From: an uncultured Oscillospiraceae bacterium
Lineage (GTDB): Bacteria > Bacillota > Clostridia > Christensenellales > Aristaeellaceae
NCBI GenBank assembly: GCA_964416065.1
Contig: CAYQCL010000001.1
Span: 18,615-82,614 of the forward strand
Reading direction: 5' to 3'
Length of the DNA stretch: 64,000 nucleotides
The notes under the pieces are model-generated. The model saw nothing but the letters and a program-made list of their open reading frames with translations, was not told where the DNA came from and did not search any database. The position numbers and the translations under genes were made by a program. Below are positions 9,374 to 17,358 of the stretch, piece after piece; position 1 is the first letter of the stretch, and each line of letters begins with the position of its first letter.

Positions 9374-10233
9374 GCGCCTTCCCCCTTTCCGGCCAGCCTC
9401 AGAATGGCCTCGCGTACCTCGTCGAGCGTGTACAGGTCGCTGGGCAGTTCAAAGCCCTCGGCAATCAGCGCGTGTGTGAGCTCGGCCGCCTGAGGCACGC
9501 CAAGCCCTATGGAAAACAGCAACTCCTGCTGCGTGAACACCTCGCGCGGCGTTCCGCTAAGCACCACCTCGCCATGACTCATGACGATCAGACGGGTCGC
9601 GAGGGTGGAGATATCATCCATGCTGTGGCTGACCATGATGACGGTCAGATCCCCCGCGGCGTGCAGCTCGCGGATCATCGAAAGAATGCTGCGCCGGCCG
9701 GCGGGATCAAGGCCCGCGGTGGGCTCATCCAGAATGAGCACCCTAGGCTGCATGGCCAATACGCCCGCGATGGCGACGCGGCGCATCTGACCGCCGCTCA
9801 GCTCAAAGGGGGAGCGCTCCGCGATGCTTTCATAATCCAGTCCCACGCGCTCGATGGCGGCGCGCACGCGGCGGTTGATCTCCTCTTCGCCCAGTCCCAT
9901 ATTCCTGGGGCCAAAAGCGACGTCCTTGGCGACGGTTTCCTCAAAAAGCTGATATTCGGGATATTGAAACACCAGCCCGACCTTCTTTCGCACCTCAAGC
10001 AGGCTGACGCCCTTTTCGGTAAGGTCAAGCCCGTCCACGACGACGCGTCCCTCCGTGGGCTTGATGAGACCGTTGAGATGCTGCACAAGCGTGGTCTTGC
10101 CGCTACCGGTATGGCCGAGCAGACCGATGAGCTCGCCGTCCTTAATGGTCAGGTTCACATCATGAAGCGCCACGGCGGCAAAGGGGCTTTCGGGCATGTA
10201 GGTATGTGTGAGATGCTCTACTTGGATGGGCAT
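9367..10233 (-). CDS. ecfA2: ECF transporter ATPase EcfA2
   Basis: Starts at MPIQVEHLTHTY (ATG 10233). It has Walker A GHTGSGKTT, signature LSGGQMRRVAIAG and Walker B ILDEPTAGLD. The track's 369-aa version extends through the ecfA1 3' end with an Arg/Gly-rich junk N-terminus. Confidence 0.9.
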   Translation of the reverse strand: MPIQVEHLTHTYMPESPFAAVALHDVNLTIKDGELIGLLGHTGSGKTTLVQHLNGLIKPTEGRVVVDGLDLTEKGVSLLEVRKKVGLVFQYPEYQLFEETVAKDVAFGPRNMGLGEEEINRRVRAAIERVGLDYESIAERSPFELSGGQMRRVAIAGVLAMQPRVLILDEPTAGLDPAGRRSILSMIRELHAAGDLTVIMVSHSMDDISTLATRLIVMSHGEVVLSGTPREVFTQQELLFSIGLGVPQAAELTHALIAEGFELPSDLYTLDEVREAILRLAGKGEGAC

Positions 10234-11075
10234 AGCGCTTGCTTCAGCTCCTTTACCATATCGGATACCGTCAGAATGCCGGCGGAGAGACGCAGCCCCT
10301 GGGCGTTGAGCTGCATGGCCAGCTCGGCCATCGGGGGGACGTCCAGGCCGAACGCCTTGATTTCGTCCACGTGGGAGAAGACATCCCCTGGCGTACCGTC
10401 CATGGCGACCCGGCCCTTGTCGAGAACCACCACGCGGTCGGCCACGGCCGCTTCCTCCATAAAATGTGTGATCCACAGAACGGTCATCCCGCGATCACGG
10501 TTGAGCTCGCGAACGGTTCTGAGCACGTCCGCGCGACCGGAGGGGTCGAGCATGGCGGTGGCCTCGTCCAGAATCATGACCTCCGGACGCATGGCAAGCA
10601 CGCCCGCAACGGCCACGCGCTGCTTTTGACCGCCGCTGAGCATATGCGGCGCGCTGGACGCGCGTTCGGTCATCCGTACCGCCTCAAGCGCCTCGTTAAT
10701 GCGCGGGATCATTTCCTCCTGCGGAACGCCGAGGTTTTCCAGGCCAAAAGCAACGTCCTCCCGAACTACGTTGGCCACAATCTGGTTGTCGGGATTTTGA
10801 AAGACCATGCCCGCGTGACGGCGCACATTCCAGATGTCCTCGTCGGAAGCGGTGTCGAGTCCGCAGACGAGGACGCGGCCGTCCGTGGGCAGATAGAGCG
10901 CGTTCATCAGCTTGGCGAGCGTGCTCTTTCCGCTGCCGTTGTGTCCCAAAACGGCCACAAAGGAACCCGCCTCTATGTTCAGGTTGACGCGGTCAACGGC
11001 GAGCGCACCTTCCTCTTCGTATCGATAGCAGACATTCTCAACCCGCATGGGAAATTCATAGCTTCTGTTCTCCAT
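10218..11075 (-). CDS. ecfA1: ECF transporter ATPase EcfA1
   Basis: Has Walker A GHNGSGKST, signature LSGGQKQRVAVAG and Walker B ILDEATAMLD. Confidence 0.9.
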   Translation of the reverse strand: MENRSYEFPMRVENVCYRYEEEGALAVDRVNLNIEAGSFVAVLGHNGSGKSTLAKLMNALYLPTDGRVLVCGLDTASDEDIWNVRRHAGMVFQNPDNQIVANVVREDVAFGLENLGVPQEEMIPRINEALEAVRMTERASSAPHMLSGGQKQRVAVAGVLAMRPEVMILDEATAMLDPSGRADVLRTVRELNRDRGMTVLWITHFMEEAAVADRVVVLDKGRVAMDGTPGDVFSHVDEIKAFGLDVPPMAELAMQLNAQGLRLSAGILTVSDMVKELKQALCPSK

Positions 11076-11087
11076 ATCATGGCTCCT

Positions 11088-11537
11088 TTATCCTTGATAG
11101 GGCGACGGGGGCGGCTCCAGCCCCTCAAGCAGCTCCGGTGCGTTTCGACCCGCCCAATGGATCGCGCTTATGCGATCCCGCCCTAGCTGTGCCTTCAGCG
11201 CCTCCAGCGAGGGGAAGGACCGCTCGGGCCGGAGAAAATCATAATATTCCAGATGGAGGCGCTTTCCGTATAGCTCGTGGTCCGGATGCCCCAAAAGATG
11301 GGCCTCGACCGTCGGCGAGCCCTCGGGGACGGTGGGATGCCTTCCCTGATTCAGGATGGACACATATTTTCGCCCCTCGCCCTCGACTCCGGCTATGGCG
11401 ATATACACGCCCTCGGGGGGCCAGGCGCCGCCGTACGGATCATAAAGGATGTTGGCGGTGGGAAAACCGAGGGACGAACCCAGGCGCTTCCCAGGCACGA
11501 CCTGCCCGCTTAAGGTAAAAGAGGGGGATAGGGCCAT
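11088..11537 (-). CDS. monofunctional riboflavin kinase (RibF C-terminal-domain type, no FAD synthetase domain)
   Basis: 150 aa from ATG 11537. It reads GKRLGSSLGFPTANI, VEAHLLGHPDHELYGKRLHLEYYDFLRPERSFPSLEALKAQLGRD, the riboflavin kinase fold motifs. Confidence 0.75.
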   Translation of the reverse strand: MALSPSFTLSGQVVPGKRLGSSLGFPTANILYDPYGGAWPPEGVYIAIAGVEGEGRKYVSILNQGRHPTVPEGSPTVEAHLLGHPDHELYGKRLHLEYYDFLRPERSFPSLEALKAQLGRDRISAIHWAGRNAPELLEGLEPPPSPYQG

Positions 11538-11576
11538 GAAAGCGCTCCTTTCTGGGCAAGGGTGGAAAACGTGTGT

Positions 11577-11605
11577 ATTATACTTCATAAGGAAAAGAAA
11601 CGCAA
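11577..11605 (-). promoter_or_regulatory. candidate promoter TTGCGT-17-TATAAT for the riboflavin kinase-ecfA1A2T-truA string
   Basis: On the minus strand, -35 is the rc of 11600-11605 and -10 is the rc of 11577-11582, with an exact 17-nt spacer. Confidence 0.45.
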
Positions 11606-11634
11606 GCCGCGCCCAGACAGCGCACATTGTTTAC

Positions 11635-11664
11635 TTGCCTCAACCAGACGACCTATTGTATAAT
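11635..11664 (+). promoter_or_regulatory. candidate promoter TTGCCT-18-TATAAT for the phosphodiester glycosidase gene
   Basis: -35 is at 11635-11640 and -10 at 11659-11664, about 55 nt before ATG 11719. Confidence 0.4.
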
Positions 11665-11718
11665 AACGCTGTGGAGCGATCTCCCAAAGACGGAGCGCTC
11701 CGATTGACGAAAGGAACG

Positions 11719-12735
11719 ATGACGATCATGCGAAAGAAACAATCTTTTGTTTTGTGGCTGCTGGTGGCGGCAATGGCGGTTTCTCTGACGTTTCTCGTCC
11801 CCTCCGGCGCGATCACCGAGGATGCACGGACGCGTTATTTTGACGCGCTTTCCGATTTTGAGGAAGGGGTGGAGAGGATCGAGCCGCGCGCGGTGCTGGC
11901 CAGCGCCGTCTTCAGCGACATCCTGCCCGCAGCTAATGTCGATCCGCTGCCGGTCGACCTGTTCACGCCCGGGAGTGCGCCGGTTGCTGAAAATTTTACA
12001 GAGGATGGCTATCGCGATGAAACCATCATCGTGGAAATGGAACAGAAGCGCATGTATGACAGTGACGTATATATCGCCTATGTAAAGATCGCCACGCCCT
12101 CCCAGCTACGCACGGCGGTTGCGGGCAACAAGATCGGCTCTTCAAGCACCAACCATACGTCGACGATCTGCTCTAACTACAACGGCGTCGTCGCCATCAA
12201 CGGCGACTATTTCACCAAAACCAAGGCGGGCTATATTGTGCGTATGGGAGAGACATATCGAGAAAAGACCAGCGCCAATATGGATCTTCTGCTCATCGAC
12301 GAGCTGGGGGATTTCCATATATTCCCTCACGGAAAAGACAGCCAGGCCAACAGCGTGGCGGCGTTCACCTCCGAACACGAGCTCGTCAACGGATTTTTCT
12401 TCGGCCCAGGGCTGGTCATTGACGGCGAAAAGCAGGAAATTCCTGAGAATTATCAATTCGATCCCCATCAGAAGAACCCGCGCGCGGGCATCGCGCAGTT
12501 GGGAACTCTGACATACGCGTTGGTGGTGGTCAACGGCCGCACTGAAGCATCCGCAGGCGTCACGCTGGAAGAGTTTGCGGGTATTATGGAGGAGCTCGGC
12601 GCAGAGCAGGCCTACAATCTGGATGGCGGCAACAGCGCGACGCTGGCCTTCAACGGCACGGTGTATAACGATAAGCCGCAGGACGAGCGCTCCGTTACGG
12701 ATATCATCTATTTTTGCAGCGCTATCGGAGAATAA
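11719..12735 (+). CDS. secreted phosphodiester glycosidase family protein (NAGPA/DUF2233-like)
   Basis: Starts MTIMRKKQSFVLWLLVAAMAVSL (signal/anchor). It contains VAINGDYF, GPGLVIDGEK, NPRAGIAQLG and YNLDGGNSATLAFNG. Confidence 0.75.
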   Translation: MTIMRKKQSFVLWLLVAAMAVSLTFLVPSGAITEDARTRYFDALSDFEEGVERIEPRAVLASAVFSDILPAANVDPLPVDLFTPGSAPVAENFTEDGYRDETIIVEMEQKRMYDSDVYIAYVKIATPSQLRTAVAGNKIGSSSTNHTSTICSNYNGVVAINGDYFTKTKAGYIVRMGETYREKTSANMDLLLIDELGDFHIFPHGKDSQANSVAAFTSEHELVNGFFFGPGLVIDGEKQEIPENYQFDPHQKNPRAGIAQLGTLTYALVVVNGRTEASAGVTLEEFAGIMEELGAEQAYNLDGGNSATLAFNGTVYNDKPQDERSVTDIIYFCSAIGE

Positions 12736-12739
12736 GTGA

Positions 12740-13741
12740 ATGGATACGACTTTTTCATTTCTTGGCTTGACGGCGCATGTCTACGGCCTTTGTGCGACCG
12801 CTGCGGTGGTTATCCTGCTGGCGGGAATGGTTTTGGCGTCCAGGCGGCGCGGCCTGCCCGGGCAGACCGTGTGCCTCTTTGGGGTCATGGGGATTCCGCT
12901 GGGCGTGGTAGGCGCCCGTGCCGTATATTGCCTGTTCAACCTGTCCTCCTTTACGGAAACCTATGAAAATCCCTGGCTGATGCTTCATTTCTTTGATGGC
13001 GGCTTTTCCATGGCGGGCTTGTTTCTTGGCCTGATTGCGGCAGGGGCGATTGCCGCGCGTGTTTCCAAGGCACATCTGGCGGCGCTCGCGGACGTGATGT
13101 GCGTGCCGATGGGGTTGGCACTGGCAATTCTGCGCTTCGGCGAGCGGTTCACCGATCTGGGGGTGGGCAAGGCCGTGGCTGAGGGCTGGTGGACGGAGAA
13201 GCTTCCGTGGATCTTCCTTCAAAGCAGCATGGGCGTCGCGACGGTCTATTGTCTGAACGTGTGGGCGTATGAAGCGGCGGCGGGCGTCGCGGTTTTTGTG
13301 GCGACGCTTATCATGTATCGCCGTCGGCAAAGCCGAGAGGGAGATACGGCCCTGTTCTTCTTCTCGCTCTTTGGCGCGACGCAGATCCTTCTAGAAAGTC
13401 TGCGGGATGACGGGCATATGCTGCTGATCTTTCTGCGCGTGGGGCAGCTGGCCGCTGCGCTTATGCCACTCGTCTGCCTTGGCATTCTCACGCGGCGTTA
13501 CGCGCACGTTAAGGATGTCGGTAAAGCACGCCTGTGGCTTTCCTGGCTCATTATGGCTCTGTGCGTGGCCGGAATCGCACTGCTGGAATTCTCGTTGGAT
13601 GGACGTGTCACATGGGGCGTGCCCTCCATGGGACGCGATTATGCCATCATGGCCATACTATGCGCGCTGATGTTCGCAATGCCGTGCTCGCTGCTCAGGA
13701 CACTTGAGCGCGAAGGGCGGATGACGGCCGCGCAAGACTGA
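12740..13741 (+). CDS. divergent Lgt-family (prolipoprotein diacylglyceryl transferase-like) membrane protein
   Basis: 333 aa, multi-pass. It is Lgt-like in GIPLGVVGARAVYCLFN and FFDGGFSMAGLFLGLIAAGAIAA. The signature site reads ALAILRFGERFTDLGVGK instead of GRxGNxxNxE. Confidence 0.6.
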   Translation: MDTTFSFLGLTAHVYGLCATAAVVILLAGMVLASRRRGLPGQTVCLFGVMGIPLGVVGARAVYCLFNLSSFTETYENPWLMLHFFDGGFSMAGLFLGLIAAGAIAARVSKAHLAALADVMCVPMGLALAILRFGERFTDLGVGKAVAEGWWTEKLPWIFLQSSMGVATVYCLNVWAYEAAAGVAVFVATLIMYRRRQSREGDTALFFFSLFGATQILLESLRDDGHMLLIFLRVGQLAAALMPLVCLGILTRRYAHVKDVGKARLWLSWLIMALCVAGIALLEFSLDGRVTWGVPSMGRDYAIMAILCALMFAMPCSLLRTLEREGRMTAAQD

Positions 13742-13758
13742 CAGAATGAGGAAGTAAA

Positions 13759-14223
13759 ATGACGTTTGCATGGACACAGGAGACGCTGGTTGGACCTGTG
13801 ACGATTGTGGAAGCGGACGGCGCGCTGATCGAGGCGCGGTTCGGGACGGAAACGGGGGATGCGCGGCTCCTGCGGACACCGCTTATGGAGCGGGCCTTTT
13901 CCGAGCTGGACGAATATTTTCGCGGGGACAGAACGGCTTTCACCGTGCCGCTCAAGCCCCGTGGGACGCCGTTTTGCCAAAGGTGCTGGAAGGCGCTTGA
14001 GACGATTCCCTATGGCGAGACGCGTACCTATGCCCAGGAGGCCGAGCTGATCGGAAATCCAAAGGCGTGCCGTGCCGTCGGCATGGCGAACCGGCTCAAC
14101 CCGCTGCCCATCTTGATTCCCTGTCATCGCGTGATTGGGAAAAACGGCTCGCTTACCGGCTACGCGGGCGGGCTGGATGTGAAAGAAAAGCTCCTTACAC
14201 TCGAACGAAATTTGAAAGGGTGA
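13759..14223 (+). CDS. ogt: methylated-DNA--protein-cysteine methyltransferase
   Basis: Reads IPYGETRTYAQEA...NPLPILIPCHRVIGKNGSLTGYAGGL, with the PCHR active site. Confidence 0.9.
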   Translation: MTFAWTQETLVGPVTIVEADGALIEARFGTETGDARLLRTPLMERAFSELDEYFRGDRTAFTVPLKPRGTPFCQRCWKALETIPYGETRTYAQEAELIGNPKACRAVGMANRLNPLPILIPCHRVIGKNGSLTGYAGGLDVKEKLLTLERNLKG

Positions 14224-14232
14224 GACGACATT

Positions 14233-15993
14233 ATGGTACACCGCAGAACAAAGATCGTTTGCACGCTGGGCCCCGCGACGGAGGACGACGCCATTCTCCG
14301 CGAGCTGATCCTCTCCGGCATGAATGTGGCGCGGCTGAATTTTTCCCATGGCACGCATGAGACGCATCTGAACAACATCAACCGAATCCGCGCGATCCGC
14401 AAGGAGCTTAACCTGCCCATTGCCATTATGCTGGATACCAAGGGGCCCGAGATTCGTTTGGAGACGTTTGAAAACGGGAGGGTGGAGCTGAAGAAGGGGC
14501 AGACCTTCACACTGTGTACACAAAGCGTTACGGGCACCACCGAGCGCGCCTCCATCACGTATTCCGATCTGCCGCGCGATGTCCATGAGGGAAGCACCAT
14601 CCTGATTGACGACGGTCTGGTAGGCATGACGGTTCGTAGCCTGACCGCCACCGAAATCGTGTGTACGGTCAACAACGACGGCACAATTTCCGACCGCAAG
14701 GGCATCAATGTGCCGGATGTAGAATTGAGCATGCCGTATTTAAGCGATAAGGACCGAGAGGACATTGCCTTTGGCGTTCGCAACGGCGTGGACTTTGTGG
14801 CCGCGTCCTTCACGCGCAGCGCGGAGGATATCCTTGATGTCCGGAAAATTTTCAGCCAGGAGGGACGCACCAATATCTCCATCATCGCCAAGATCGAGAA
14901 TATGCAGGGCGTGCAGAACATTGATGAGATTCTGCGCGTCAGCGACGGCATCATGGTGGCGCGTGGCGACCTGGGTGTGGAGATTCCGCTCGAACAGGTG
15001 CCGGTCATCCAGAAGATGCTGATTCACAAGGCGTATTCCTCCGGAAAGCAGGTCATCACCGCGACGCAGATGCTTGACAGTATGATGAAAAACCCGCGTC
15101 CTACCCGCGCGGAGGCGGCGGACGTGGCTAACGCCATCTATGACGGTACCAGTGCGATCATGCTTTCCGGCGAGACGGCGGCCGGTCAATATCCCGTGGA
15201 GGCCTTGCGCACCATGGCGCGCATCGCTATGTCTGCTGAAAGGGATATCAACTATCAGAAGCGCTTTAAGGAACGCGAGTCCGATCTCACGCCCGACGTG
15301 ACCAACGCGATTTCGCACGCGACCTGCACCTCCGCACATGATCTGGGCGCGGCGGCCATCCTGACGGTTACCAAGGGAGGGCGTACGGCGCGGATGATTT
15401 CCAAATACCGACCGAGCTGTCCCATTATCTGCTGCACCACGGACGAATGCGTTTGCCGCCAGCTTAACTTGAGCTGGGGGGTAATCCCGCTGGTGATCGA
15501 GGAGGCCACCAACACCGATGAACTGTTTGAACGCGCCGTACAGGCGGGAGAGAAGGCGGGCCTTCTGCATGACGGTGAGCTGGTGGTGATGACGGCGGGC
15601 GTGCCGCTGGGCATTAGCGGAACCACGAATCTGATGAAGGTGCATGTCGTGGGTCATATCCTGGTTACCGGTCATGGCGTAACCCAGCAAAGCTGCTGCG
15701 GAAGCCTGTGCGTATGCCGAAACGGCGAGGAGGCGCTGCGGACTTTCAAGGACGGCGATATCCTAGTCATTTCGCAGACAACCAACACGCTTCTGCCGCT
15801 GGTGCGCAAGGCGAGCGGTCTCATCCTTGAGGACAGCAACCCCAACGGGCATGGCGCGATCGCGGGCATGAGCCTGAATCTGCCGGTCATCATCGGCGCG
15901 GAGGGCGCGACCAAGATTTTGAAGAGCGGCGCGGTCGTTACGCTGGACGCGGAACGGGGCGTGGTGAGCTGCAACGCCGGCAATGTCCTCTAA
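14233..15993 (+). CDS. pyk: pyruvate kinase with a C-terminal PEP-utilizer mobile-type domain
   Basis: Contains RRTKIVCTLGPAT, NFSHG and MVARGDLGVEIP. An extra ~100-aa C-terminal domain reads (..ILEDSNPNGHGAIAGMSLNLPVIIG..). Confidence 0.95.
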   Translation: MVHRRTKIVCTLGPATEDDAILRELILSGMNVARLNFSHGTHETHLNNINRIRAIRKELNLPIAIMLDTKGPEIRLETFENGRVELKKGQTFTLCTQSVTGTTERASITYSDLPRDVHEGSTILIDDGLVGMTVRSLTATEIVCTVNNDGTISDRKGINVPDVELSMPYLSDKDREDIAFGVRNGVDFVAASFTRSAEDILDVRKIFSQEGRTNISIIAKIENMQGVQNIDEILRVSDGIMVARGDLGVEIPLEQVPVIQKMLIHKAYSSGKQVITATQMLDSMMKNPRPTRAEAADVANAIYDGTSAIMLSGETAAGQYPVEALRTMARIAMSAERDINYQKRFKERESDLTPDVTNAISHATCTSAHDLGAAAILTVTKGGRTARMISKYRPSCPIICCTTDECVCRQLNLSWGVIPLVIEEATNTDELFERAVQAGEKAGLLHDGELVVMTAGVPLGISGTTNLMKVHVVGHILVTGHGVTQQSCCGSLCVCRNGEEALRTFKDGDILVISQTTNTLLPLVRKASGLILEDSNPNGHGAIAGMSLNLPVIIGAEGATKILKSGAVVTLDAERGVVSCNAGNVL

Positions 15994-16016
15994 GCTCTCA
16001 GAATTCATGCAAAAAG

Positions 16017-16042
16017 CCGCGAGGACAGCCCTCGTGGTTTTT
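16017..16042 (+). terminator. intrinsic terminator after pyk
   Basis: Stem CCGCGAGG (16017-16024) pairs with CCTCGTGG (16030-16037) including one G-U pair. TTTTT follows at 16038-16042. Confidence 0.6.
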
Positions 16043-16072
16043 GCTATGATCGATATGGAGGGAAGAGATAGG

Positions 16073-16846
16073 ATGGACTGGGTGGCAGGCTGAACGCGGC
16101 GATGGAGCGGCTTGAGGAGGGGCTCTTGGAACCGCTGAACGTTGCGGAGCTGGCGCGGATGGTGGGACTGGGCCCGTTTCACTTTCAGACCGTGTTTAGC
16201 TGCATGGCGGGCGTCACGTTGAGCGAATATGTGCGCCGCAGAAAAATGTGCCGCGCGGCGGCCGATTTGCAGGACAGCATGCGCGTGATCGACGCGGCGC
16301 TCAAGAGCGATCCGCCTCTGCACTTCCAAATAACGATTCAGGGAGCTGAGGAAATGGAATACCGCATTCTGCCAATGGAAGCCTTTTCAATGCTGGTACA
16401 GTCCCGAGAGTACGATGTGGATGAGTGATTCGAGAAGGTGCTCGCCTTTAGGGACGAGTATCGCGAAGGGGGAGAGCCTGTCGTCGACGGCCTTTACAGC
16501 GTATGCCATGATCCATTGGACGGGACAAAATTCACCTATATGATCGGAGACCGATGCGGGCCCGACGCGTTCGTTCCGGAGGGGGTATGAAAAGATCATC
16601 GTCCCCGCGTTTACATGGGCCGTGTTCGAGGAACGGGGACAGCTGCCGCAGGCTCTGCAGAATCTGAACCGACGGATTTTTGCGGAATGGCTCCCGTCCA
16701 ACGGCGAGTATGAGCTGGCCACCGGATGGAACATTGAGGCATATAACGCGGACGATATGAAAAACGGAGTTTCTGATGACAGCTATCGCTTTTCCCTCTG
16801 GATTCCCGTCAAAAGGGTTGAGCGAAGAAAGGAAGAACGAATATGA
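16073..16846 (+). pseudogene. AraC-family HTH + GyrI-like effector-domain regulator, multiply disrupted
   Basis: MDWVAG* (stop 16091) is followed in another frame by GRLNAAMERLEEGLLEPLNVAELARMVG..TLSEYVRRRKM (AraC HTH). About 35 aa of the second HTH appear deleted (ALKSDPPLHFQITIQG). There is an in-frame TGA at 16426-16428. A frameshift at the G5 run 16581-16585 (PEGV* versus PEGYEKIIVPAFTWAVFEERG...) precedes the GyrI-like tail ..IFAEWLPSNGEYELA..IEAY. Confidence 0.7.
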
Positions 16847-17313
16847 ATTTGCTGATCAGCGCGTGCCTGATGGGCGTCCGCTGCCGGTATGACGGTGGCA
16901 CGCAGAAAATTGCATGCTTGGATGAATTGCTTAAGCGCCATGTGCTCATTCCCATCTGTCCCGAGGTCATGGGCGGGCTGAGTACGCCGCGCGAACCCAG
17001 CGAGATCGTGGAGGGAAGGGTCATGACACGAGACGGACGGGACGTCACGGAGGCGTTCCAAAGGGGAGCGGAGGAGGCGGTGAGGCTGGCGAAGCTATGC
17101 GGCTGTTCCTGCGCCCTTCTCAAGGAACGCAGCCCCTCCTGCGGCCGCGGCATGATCTATGACGGCACGTTCAGCGGGCAGAAACGGGAAGGCGATGGCT
17201 TGACGGCCGCCGCTCTCCTTCGGGAGGGCGTACGCGTGATCGGCGAATCCCAAGCGGGAGAGCTGCTTGAGACAGAAGCGCCTAAGGAATTGGAGGCGCG
17301 CGGAGAAAACTAA
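16843..17313 (+). CDS. DUF523 family protein (YbbK-like)
   Basis: Reads LISACLMGVRCRYDGG...ICPEVMGGLSTPREPSEI...ALLKERSPSCG. The ATG overlaps the stop of the dead regulator (ATGA). Confidence 0.75.
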   Translation: MNLLISACLMGVRCRYDGGTQKIACLDELLKRHVLIPICPEVMGGLSTPREPSEIVEGRVMTRDGRDVTEAFQRGAEEAVRLAKLCGCSCALLKERSPSCGRGMIYDGTFSGQKREGDGLTAAALLREGVRVIGESQAGELLETEAPKELEARGEN

Positions 17314-17358
17314 AAAACGACCTCGAAGACGCCGCTTTCAGCGTATCCGAGGCCATTT

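Noticed and set aside
9367-10476. 369-aa version of the ecfA2 ORF
   Set aside because: The first 81 residues are Arg/Gly/Pro-rich and are encoded inside the ecfA1 3' end. The ABC ATPase begins at MPIQVEHL (ATG 10233).
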